A stretch of DNA of 64,000 nucleotides, from assembly GCA_965215265.1 (NCBI GenBank), contig OZ244048.1, forward strand, positions 3,520,001 through 3,584,000, read 5' to 3'. Position numbers and translations under genes: made by a program. Below, piece after piece: positions 32,955-41,400 of the stretch (position 1 is its first letter; every line of letters begins with the position of its first letter). Under the pieces are notes generated by a model, which made no database searches, was not told the DNA's origin, and saw only the letters and a program-made list of their open reading frames with translations. Origin of the DNA: Candidatus Poribacteria bacterium (GTDB lineage: Bacteria; Poribacteria; WGA-4E; WGA-3G).

Positions 32955-33302
32955 AATCTGTGTGCATCTCCAATTTTAATCACTCTGAATTCTATAATAT
33001 CATTGGTTAAGATGGTATTACCTATAAATAAAAATAGATTTTAACACCCCGACCTCGTCACTTACCCTCGGGGTATTCCATGTTCAAGAACGAATTACAA
33101 TTGCACTTTATTCTTCACGACAGTACAAAGGGGTTCAATTCTCTTAAAGACAGTTTGTCAGAACCCAATGTGCTTAATAGGATACCACAATTTCCGTTTT
33201 TTTGCAATTCTTTTTGACGTTTACTTGTCTAGAACGTTTACGAAATAAGTTGGGTTCACGTTTCAAGCTGCTAAGATGTTAAAGTGAAATAGCTAATTAC
33301 TA

Positions 33303-34418
33303 ACCTAAGTTGCCAGCTATAAAAAAGTTGTAAATCCATGGGTTCTCCTTTATAGTGTTTATATCACAATAAAACCAAAGGAGCCCCCATGGACTTAACT
33401 ATTGTAGCAGTTTATACCCTTTGTGACGCTCCTTTACTCTCACTCGGACATCAAGAACATCTACAAACACAGATGACAGATGCAGAAGTGATGACTACCG
33501 CCCTTGTCGCCGCCAGAGACTTCGCAGGCACTCATCAAAATGCATGTTCTGCTTTGAAGACGCTCGGCTATATTCCAAATAGGCACCGAGCGTCTCGATA
33601 CAATCGTAGACTTCATCGAATCACACCGCTGTTTGAGGCACTCTTTGAACATCTCGCTCAAACCGCCAAAACGGAGAACGACAATAACATCTATTCGGTG
33701 GATACCTTTGCTGTCGCAGTCTGTGATAATATCCGTTTTTGTATATCTCCGTAAAGAATTGTCCCTGCTTGCAGGGTGAATTCTTGTCCGTCAACGCTTA
33801 TGATTTTGTTAAATCGTGTGTAAATTTCGTAGGAGATTCCCTTAGGCATAGCATAAAGCAAGCGGCTCTGGCGAGATTTTCACAGGGTTGTAAATAGCAG
33901 CAGCCTTTATTGGGCTGAAATATACGACATTTCTCGGTTTCGCAGGTATCAAGGCGAAGCCTACCTAGGGAAGATTGCCAGCAAACGGCGGCATTTCTAT
34001 GGGCTCAAAGTCCATCTGATGGTGTCTGAATCAGGGGCTATCGTTGAAGCTTTCTTCACACCGGGGAGCAGTAACGATGTGCTTGGCATGCGGTGTTATC
34101 GTTTTTACCTGCCTGCGGGTTCCGTGATGGACACCGATAAAGCATATTGCAACTATGCCATTGAAGATGCCCTGGGGGATATAGAGATTATGTTCAAACC
34201 GTTACGGAAGAAGAATGCCAAACGGCAGTATCCGCCGCCTGAAGTCTATCTACACCAGTCTTACAGAAAACGCGTTGAAGTGACAAAGAGTCTTGTTGAA
34301 AAACTCTTACCGAAGTCTATCCACGCGGTGGCGGCCCACGGATTTGAACTGAAACTTCTTTTATTTCTCATCGCCATAAATATAAAAATGCGATTTAAAG
34401 ATTCGTGGCAATCTAGGT
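33303..34418 (+). mobile_element. IS982-family element with its transposase interrupted by a 192-bp repeat insertion
   Basis: Imperfect terminal inverted repeats ACCTAAGTTGCCA / TGGCAATCTAGGT; MTDAEVMT, SRYNRR, VDTF, ASKRRHFYGLKVH, DKAY, RKRVE motifs; ORFs 33389 and 34019 are in one frame. Confidence 0.85.
33737..33928. repeat. Two back-to-back family-A repeats inserted in the transposase
   Basis: Minus-oriented unit from 33741 (with a nested hairpin) and plus-oriented 54-bp core 33872-33925; removing them restores VCDNIR-ISRFRRYQG. Confidence 0.85.
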
Positions 34419-34493
34419 TAATTTAATGTAAAAGGACACATAGCACAACGCTTAGCGTCTCAAAATCAGGATACGGAAGATAAAATCACAACG

Positions 34494-34567
34494 ATGTTAA
34501 CAATTGGTAACCTCCACATCCCCATTTTCCCCTCCTCCTTGCACCGATGGAAGATGTAAGCGATACG
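34494..34567 (+). pseudogene. 5' fragment of a tRNA-dihydrouridine synthase (dusB-like)
   Basis: MLTIGNLHIP[1-nt frameshift]FPLLLAPMEDVSD; similarity ends abruptly after that. Confidence 0.7.
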
Positions 34568-34762
34568 ATACGGCTGCGCACTCCTATTGTCCAATCGCAT
34601 CATAGAATTTCATCAGAATTTCTCCGATTGATTGCGGGTGCATTTGTTGTAACCTTAATGATACTTTTTATCTGTTAAGATTGCAAGAAAAAAAATGAGC
34701 AAACGTTGACTTTTTTGCATACGCGCCCCCAATTCGCATTTTTTTGCAGAAAATGTTAAAAA

Positions 34763-34900
34763 ATGATGATTTCTCCGAAAAAAAAGGATCTTTTGTTCGA
34801 CCCGGCTTGCATTTTTTTACGTCTTGTTCAGAAAAATGATCATTTTTCTGAAAAAACGGGTCTTTTGTTCGACCCGGCTTGCATTTTCCTACGTCTTGTT
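34763..34900 (+). repeat. Two-copy 72-bp tandem repeat upstream of the ECF sigma gene
   Basis: TCTTTTGTTCGACCCGGCTTGCATTTT..TACGTCTTGTT at 34789 and 34861. Confidence 0.85.
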
Positions 34901-35033
34901 ATTATGAAAGGCGCAGGAAAATACGAGCGAAAAATCGCCAAATGTGAAAAAACGGTGACTTCCTGCGACAAATTTAATCACTTGTAAGGTGGCGGGACAT
35001 ATTTCACTTTTTCCGACACCTTAAGAATAGCAC

Positions 35034-35618
35034 ATGGAACCTGAAACTTTGACAACGAATTCAGACACTCACTTACTTGAACGCATCCAAAAAGGGGACG
35101 ATACCGCCCTCGTAGCACTCATTGAAAGGTATAAACCTTTGATGATGACTATCGTGCGCGGTGAAGTCCCGGCTTATGCGGTAGAGGATGTGTATTTAGA
35201 TGCGCGTGCGGCGATGGTGGTTCGGTTTCGCAGGAATCCCGACGGCATCCGCACCGTGGACAAGTGGGTGAAGCAGGTGACGCGGAGCAAATGTCTCGAG
35301 TTCGGGCGGCAGCTTGCCAAAGAACAGGATGTGCGTGCTATTGCCGAAGACCTCTATAAAGCCGCAGAGGAGCGAGAGTTGCACCGGCATCTGTCTCGGG
35401 ACGTGCCTGATGAAGAAGAGGCGATGGCGGTTATCAAGGCACTAGGTTCCAAGTCTGTAGAAGTAGCCGTATTGCGTGCGGCGGGTTACACGTTGTCGGA
35501 GATAGGCAAACGGCTGAGAATTCCGAAGGACACGGCGAAGTCACGCTGGTGGAAGATTCGTGAGCGTGTTCATGAACATTTCGGATTGCCGTTTCCACCG
35601 AAAAACGAGAAGTCCTAA
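35034..35618 (+). CDS. ECF-type sigma-70 factor
   Basis: LLERIQKGD..ALVALIERY, VEDV, KW region 2; YTLSEIG..L.IP..TAKSR region 4. Confidence 0.8.
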   Translation: MEPETLTTNSDTHLLERIQKGDDTALVALIERYKPLMMTIVRGEVPAYAVEDVYLDARAAMVVRFRRNPDGIRTVDKWVKQVTRSKCLEFGRQLAKEQDVRAIAEDLYKAAEERELHRHLSRDVPDEEEAMAVIKALGSKSVEVAVLRAAGYTLSEIGKRLRIPKDTAKSRWWKIRERVHEHFGLPFPPKNEKS

Positions 35619-35785
35619 CGCGATTCAGGCTGCTTCCGGTTTATCCCTTTTTTGGATTCAAAAGGGGGAATGTATATTCACTTTCGTTGATTTATTTTGA
35701 TGCAGTGGACGTGTTATACTGAGTCACGGCGCCTCCTAATCAAAATGAGCGCTCTCATCTTTACCGTCCACAAGGAAAATCACTC

Positions 35786-36472
35786 ATGTTAAAGAACTAT
35801 TGGAAAACCGTCGCTGGTATGCTTCTCGTGCTGGTCCTCGGAGCGACAGGATATTTCCTCTGGTACCAACATCGGATGGCGCAGCTCCATGCGAACCCTG
35901 TCAAAATCTACAAGGGTACGATACGAGAAGCGACCGTGGTGCCAACCGCCACACCCTCTGCCGAGGCAGAGACTGTGCAAGGCGGGCATTGGCCTGGCGA
36001 GGAATGGCAGAGTGAATCACACACGATATCGCAACAGACAGATACTGTTGACACCATCGATACAACTGATGACACGATCGATACAGAGGAGATCGTTCCT
36101 TTTGAACCAACGGTTGAGGCGGATGTGCCTTGGGAAGAAACCGCAGAAGCCGAGCGGCTTTCACAGACATTGCTTCAGGATTGGAATGATTACTCCCAAA
36201 CTTTACTAGAGAAGTATCCAGCGATTTTTGATCCGGATGTACTTGAAAGAATGGCTCAGACTCAGGAGGGAAGAGCCTCGCTCAAATTACAAGCTGAATC
36301 TATGATAGAGGAGACTTTAGGTGAATTTGAGCGTCTGTTTAATCAACTTCCGAGAGAATTTGCACACGAAGTGCTTGATGTTTTGGAAGTTGAATTTCAA
36401 CAAAACCCACAAGGATTGCCCCCAGAATATATTCACCGAGCGCTAGGTAGAATGCGGGCAAGACTGAATTAA
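35786..36472 (+). CDS. Membrane-anchored or secreted acidic hypothetical protein
   Basis: N-terminal TM, low-complexity Thr/Asp/Glu linker, helical C-terminus; AAGGA RBS. Confidence 0.7.
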   Translation: MLKNYWKTVAGMLLVLVLGATGYFLWYQHRMAQLHANPVKIYKGTIREATVVPTATPSAEAETVQGGHWPGEEWQSESHTISQQTDTVDTIDTTDDTIDTEEIVPFEPTVEADVPWEETAEAERLSQTLLQDWNDYSQTLLEKYPAIFDPDVLERMAQTQEGRASLKLQAESMIEETLGEFERLFNQLPREFAHEVLDVLEVEFQQNPQGLPPEYIHRALGRMRARLN

Positions 36473-36482
36473 TGGAGGTTAT

Positions 36483-36956
36483 ATGATGATTAGAGATTTT
36501 CATAAGACAAAAACACGAAGAAGCCTGGGAGTCGGTCTGCTGATGGTTTTCATGATAATGATAACACTGTCCCCCGTTTTTTCCGACGACTGGAGAGATT
36601 GGGTGGGTCACGGCGTAGCGGTTGTTGGCCTAGGGGTGGCTGTCGCCGGTACAGCTGTGACATCCCCTGTATGGGGACCTGCACTTACTGTTGGTGGATT
36701 TTGTGCGGCCGCGGTCGGTATAGGTATAGGTATCTTGGATACAATGGATGACTCCGATGAGGATGAGACTTGTAGTCGTTGTAATGTGACATATGCACGA
36801 GGGACGGATCATTATTGTATATATGATCATATAGATGAAGAGCATGGCGGTGATGAGTCTTCCGAAGGCTCTTACGGTTATAGTACTGGGGGTTACGGCT
36901 ATTGCCCCAATGGTCATTATTATTCTGGAGTACATTCCTGTTACAGTAGTGATTAA
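36483..36956 (+). CDS. Secreted protein with a Gly/Ala-rich hydrophobic hairpin and a Cys/His-rich tail
   Basis: GGAGG RBS; signal peptide; GHGVAVVGLGVAVAG..GGFCAAAVGIGIG; CxxC..HxC and C..H..HxC motifs. Confidence 0.65.
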   Translation: MMIRDFHKTKTRRSLGVGLLMVFMIMITLSPVFSDDWRDWVGHGVAVVGLGVAVAGTAVTSPVWGPALTVGGFCAAAVGIGIGILDTMDDSDEDETCSRCNVTYARGTDHYCIYDHIDEEHGGDESSEGSYGYSTGGYGYCPNGHYYSGVHSCYSSD

Positions 36957-37047
36957 AGTCGTGAATAGTCGTGAGTTTACCTAGGTCGGGATGATTGCAC
37001 TTTTGGCTGCTTGTGCAAGTGACTTCGCCTGTACTCTTGCATCTATT

Positions 37048-37124
37048 GGCAGAAAAGAAAGATTTAAAAGTATACCTCTAAACATTTTCTTTAATGTTTA
37101 GAGGTATACTTTTTCTTTTTTGCC
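37048..37124. terminator. Long inverted repeat, probable bidirectional terminator
   Basis: Perfect 21-bp stem AAAAGTATACCTCTAAACATT / AATGTTTAGAGGTATACTTTT with flanking A and T runs. Confidence 0.7.
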
Positions 37125-37206
37125 TGGCTCAGTATATTACATTATTTATTCGGGCGGATTTCAGGTGACGCGGAGCAAGTGTCTCGATTTCGGGCGGCAT
37201 CTTGCC

Positions 37207-37326
37207 AATGGCACCATCGGCATAAACAACGCAGCGTAGGTACATGTCTTAATTATCGGGCTAGTGGTACTAGGCAACATCGTCTTCTTCATTCAGAAAG
37301 GACGACAGAAAAAGCAAAAACCTTGA
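37207..37326 (+). pseudogene. Diverged 3' remnant of a homolog of the gene at 4979-5794
   Basis: GTIGINNAA*VHVLIIGLVVLGNIVFFIQK versus GTEGINSASLVHMLILGLVVMGNVIFFIQR. Confidence 0.8.
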
Positions 37327-37409
37327 ATCGGCAGGAACGGATTGGGGCTTTACGGGGATGAGGCTTTCTGCGGTGATATTAACATCGTGTGCCTCTTTTC
37401 TTTTTAATA

Positions 37410-37464
37410 TGCTATAATTGCTATGTTTAATAAGATAGCAAAATAGTGTTTTTAAATTATAGCA
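37410..37464. promoter_or_regulatory. Nested palindromic operator/promoter upstream of the double-HTH gene
   Basis: TGCTATAATT...AATTATAGCA enclosing TTGCTAT...ATAGCAA; contains TG-n-TATAAT (extended -10). Confidence 0.5.
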
Positions 37465-37479
37465 GAATGGGGGTTTGAC

Positions 37480-38202
37480 ATGGCTCGCTTATCCATGATT
37501 GGAAATCATATTGAAAGTTTATTGTCTTTGTGTAAGAAGACACAAAAAATTGCGACGTTGTCGCGTGCGACGGGAGTCTCTGTGCATACGCTTTATCGCT
37601 GGCGTGATCGTGGGAAGTTAGAGGTATCAGGTCTTTATAGGGCTTTTTATGATGCGTTGACTTCGCCAGTAGGTGGCAGTAGCGGTGATGGCAAACTTGT
37701 AGAGCCGACGACGGCGAAAATTACATTAGAGCGAATAGATGCAATACTTGAAAAAGTCAAAATTGGCATGAGCTGGGATGCTATCGCACATGCTGTTGGG
37801 GTTTCGGCGGCGACGTTGTATCGGTGGATGCAGCGTGAGGGAACCGAACAGGCGGGGCTCTATCGCGAATTTTATGATAGGCTTGCTGAGTTGAAAATGA
37901 GTACAGAGTTATCTTTGATTGATTCGGTTATGAATAATGCTGTAGAAAGACAGGAGACTTTTACGAACAAGACGGTTACTAAAACAAAAGAGGGGAGGGT
38001 TGAATTTACATCAACCTCGAAGCCACCTAATGCTGAAATGGCTTTGAAAATGATGGAACGTATTAATCCTGTATTCTGGGCACCGATTGTGCCTCATCGT
38101 GTTGATGTTGATTGGGAGAAGACTGTGCGCGAGCAAGGTGGGGATCCGCGTGAGATTGAGGAGTTTGTTCGGTCGGAATTGGAGAAGGAGGGTTTAATTT
38201 AG
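37480..38202 (+). CDS. Double helix-turn-helix protein, terminase-small-subunit-like
   Basis: Two repeats (SRATGVSVHTLYRW..GLYRAFYD and AHAVGVSAATLYRW..GLYREFYD); beta hairpin, then PPNAEMALKMMERINPVFW. Confidence 0.6.
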   Translation: MARLSMIGNHIESLLSLCKKTQKIATLSRATGVSVHTLYRWRDRGKLEVSGLYRAFYDALTSPVGGSSGDGKLVEPTTAKITLERIDAILEKVKIGMSWDAIAHAVGVSAATLYRWMQREGTEQAGLYREFYDRLAELKMSTELSLIDSVMNNAVERQETFTNKTVTKTKEGRVEFTSTSKPPNAEMALKMMERINPVFWAPIVPHRVDVDWEKTVREQGGDPREIEEFVRSELEKEGLI

Positions 38203-38447
38203 AGTCAATGCATCGAACGGCTCAGACGAGATTTACACACGAGCTATCAAAACATAGATGTTGATGGTACGGAGATATAGAAATAAGCGTTGATTGGGAG
38301 AAAACGGTGCGGGATCAGGGTGGGGATCCTGCGGAGATTGAGGAGCTTGCGAGGAAGGTGATTGAGGAATCATAACCTAGTGAGGCTCAGACGAGATTTA
38401 CACACGAGTACCCACGACATAAGCGTTGATGGTACGGAGATATACGA
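38190..38447 (+). repeat. Two family-A repeats (cores 38227-38280 and 38392-38445) flanking a diverged duplicate of the HTH gene 3' end (38289-38375)
   Basis: VDWEKTVRDQGGDPAEIEELARKVIEES* versus VDWEKTVREQGGDPREIEEFVRSELEKEGLI*. Confidence 0.85.
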
Positions 38448-38453
38448 GAAGTC

Positions 38454-41400
38454 TTACTTAAGAACGACTATCTTCCCAACCTTTTGTTTTCGCTTATCGT
38501 CTTTACGTGCTGTGAACTTATAGAGATATACACCGTTTGCGAGCGGTTCTCCATCTGCATCTATGCCATCGTAGTGGAATTCGTTGTAAGAGACAGATGC
38601 ATCCAAGGTATCAATGGTAGAGATGAGGCGTCCGGTGAGGGTATAAATCTTGAGGCTGACCTGGTCAGCCCTTTCGGTGAGGTAATAGGCGAAATCAGTG
38701 CCGCGCCCGGGTCGGAAAGGATTGGGGAAATTCGCTATATTTTTAATTGCGAACTCGCCGGCTACGTTAGCTGTGTGCTCTGTGGAGGCGGGATTTCCGT
38801 TTGCATCTTGTGCTTGCAACCGGATGCGATATTCGCCTGCTTCTAAAACAGGTGTATAGGTTACGAGCAACACCCGGCTATTGACAGGTGACGAAGCGAT
38901 AACATACTCATCTTGTGGTACGCGCGCGCCGTTCTTCGTGATGAGAAGGTTTTCAGTCCGTGGATCTATTCCATTCGCATCCTCAATCCTCGCAGAGATA
39001 GTGGGGCTTTTGGAGACATAATCCCCATCAATAAAACCTTGATGTTCAACGGTCATCTCAAGTATGGGGGGGCGGGAATCTGCGTGGGATAACAGGGCAA
39101 ACGTCCCTGGCAGTGTAACTTGAGTTGAGATCTTCTCATCCGTGAGGGTTTCATTGCCGATGCGAATCCAATTGCGTGTCTCGGCATGGAGCATATAGAT
39201 GTGCGCGTCTGAATTTGCAGGTTTTATGAAGGAGGCTGTTGCCTTCAATTCGGCTGGCTCATTCACCGAAAAATGATAGGCTACGGAAGCATCTGCGACT
39301 GTTTCCCCGGAAGCATTTATCTCCACGATGGGAAAAATATCCGGCTGATTTGCAATGGATAATTCTCTTTGTTCAAACGTCATGACGGTGCTACTTTGAA
39401 GGCTTTCAGGCGAAACAGAGAGGTGCAAGGCCCCATCTACGCTTGTGATTTCGCGGTGTTTGGGTGTGAGCAGGATGCGATTGTTTTTAAACTGTCGTGC
39501 TGCGATGTTATTAAGTTCCCTGCGTTCAATAATATTCCCTTTTGGATGTGCTTGAGACGGCAGGTCAATAACAACCGTGACGAGGTAGTTTCCGAGTGGC
39601 GGCTGCCAGGGTACACTGACGATAACATGAGTCTCTGGTAGTACTTCCGCGAGCATCTGAACCTCGCCAATTTGAGTAGCATTTTGAAGTGCTTCAAGAG
39701 TCGGCGTGGTGGTTCCGGTATCTGCTTGTGTAGGCATTTGAAAAAAGTGCACCGATACATCTCGTGCGGGCATAGTGGCTCGGTTGCGGATTTGCGCCGA
39801 AAGTGTAAAGGGAGGTTCTATGTTCCAAGCAATCGTTTCCTGCAAAATCGTTAAGTCAACGTCAATCAAACCGAATTCATAAGTTTCTATTTCTGTTTGA
39901 AAGGTTTTCCCGCCGCGCACTTCGACTTCCAAGTAGTAGTCAATCAATTCTCTTGCCGGATAACCAGGGATCGGCTGCTCGCTTCTATAGGTTGAACCCG
40001 TGTGTTGGACAACCGGGATTGTTTCAAATTCAAAACCATCTAAGCTCCAAAAGAGTGTCATTGCTTCAATATCATTCTTGTTTCGCACCTCTGTGTAAAG
40101 ATGTACAGGTTGTTCTGGTTCAACGGGGTAAGGGACAATTCGGACGTTATCAAGGTATCGTTGTAGTGCATTATAATTTGCGTAACCGATGGCATCTTCC
40201 TCAGTGTTCCATGCGTAGGCTTGTATGTTTCCGTTATCAAATTGGCTATTCGCTGGCAGTAGGATTTCCGTGGTGAATTGTCCATTTACGACAGGGACAG
40301 TTTCTCGTTCTGGGGGTGGAGGTTCTATTTCTGTATCTCTTGAAGACTGGAGCGATCTTGGGAAGACAACAATTTCTGCGTTTCCGGTAAAATTGTGGTT
40401 GGCGAGTGCGCCGGAAACCATCATCGAGGTTTGATCTATATCTGCTGTTAGCTTCATCTGTGTATGCGGCAATCTGAGCTGAGTTGCGGGATCCCCGAAG
40501 AGTGTGAAAACTTCGGCGAGGTCAAAATAACTCGGTGCGTTAATAAGAAATAGCGTTTTGGCTTCGGCGAGGATGGCCCCAATATGCGATGTCTTATCCT
40601 TAAAGATAACGTCAAAAATAGCGCGATTGAGAATATAGTCTCCATCTAGCAATCCGATGCTGGTTCCGCCAATGACTGCAATAGCACCTCCATTTTGTGA
40701 GCGTAGCAATTCCTCAGCAAGGCAGCTGCTGTTACCATCAAAGTGAGCTGTGTAACAAGTCATACTGATAACAAAGGGGAGTTGCGCGATATTGGTTAGG
40801 TTCTGTTCAGGATCTTCCAGATCTAGCATGCGAGAAGATGACCAGACACCGCCGGCGCCATGGCCGATATAGTTAACAATGCTGACACCGTCATTGAATG
40901 CATCAATCACTTGTCTACCAACAAACAGATTGTTCTGCTCGCTAGCCGTTTCGGTTTGTGTAATTGGGGCATAGATGGGCGTAATTTCATATTTGGAACG
41001 GATCTCATTCTGTTTAAGCAGCCCCTCGGTTTGGCTGTGAAACCGCCAATCTGTGCCGGCGAGCATGAGGAGTCGCTTCTGCCAGGGGCCGATCTCGGCG
41101 TTGGTTTCATAGTTAATGGCATGCTCAACGAATGTCCGCACGTCAACGCGATTGGTTGCAGGTATCCTTCCAATGAGCATATCAGGAAAACTATCGTCGC
41201 CTCTGAAGGTTACGAATTGATGGTCGCTGGCACTTGAGCCGTATCCTGGAATTTGCACTTGTATCGTGGGTACAAAATTAGGGTGTGTTTTGGGACTGTT
41301 ATGCGTATCTCCTACCAGAAACACGTAGGTTGGCGCAGGGGGCTGCCAATTTTGGTAGGCATATTTAAGGAATTCTCTAACGGCGTACGGATTGACAATA

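Noticed and set aside
37480-38202. Prophage
   Set aside because: No large terminase, portal, capsid or integrase gene is nearby
38227-38445. CGAGATTTACAC resembles the Illumina P5 adapter end (CGAGATCTACAC)
   Set aside because: The match is short and imperfect, and copies are diverged into subfamilies with conserved extensions, unlike adapter contamination
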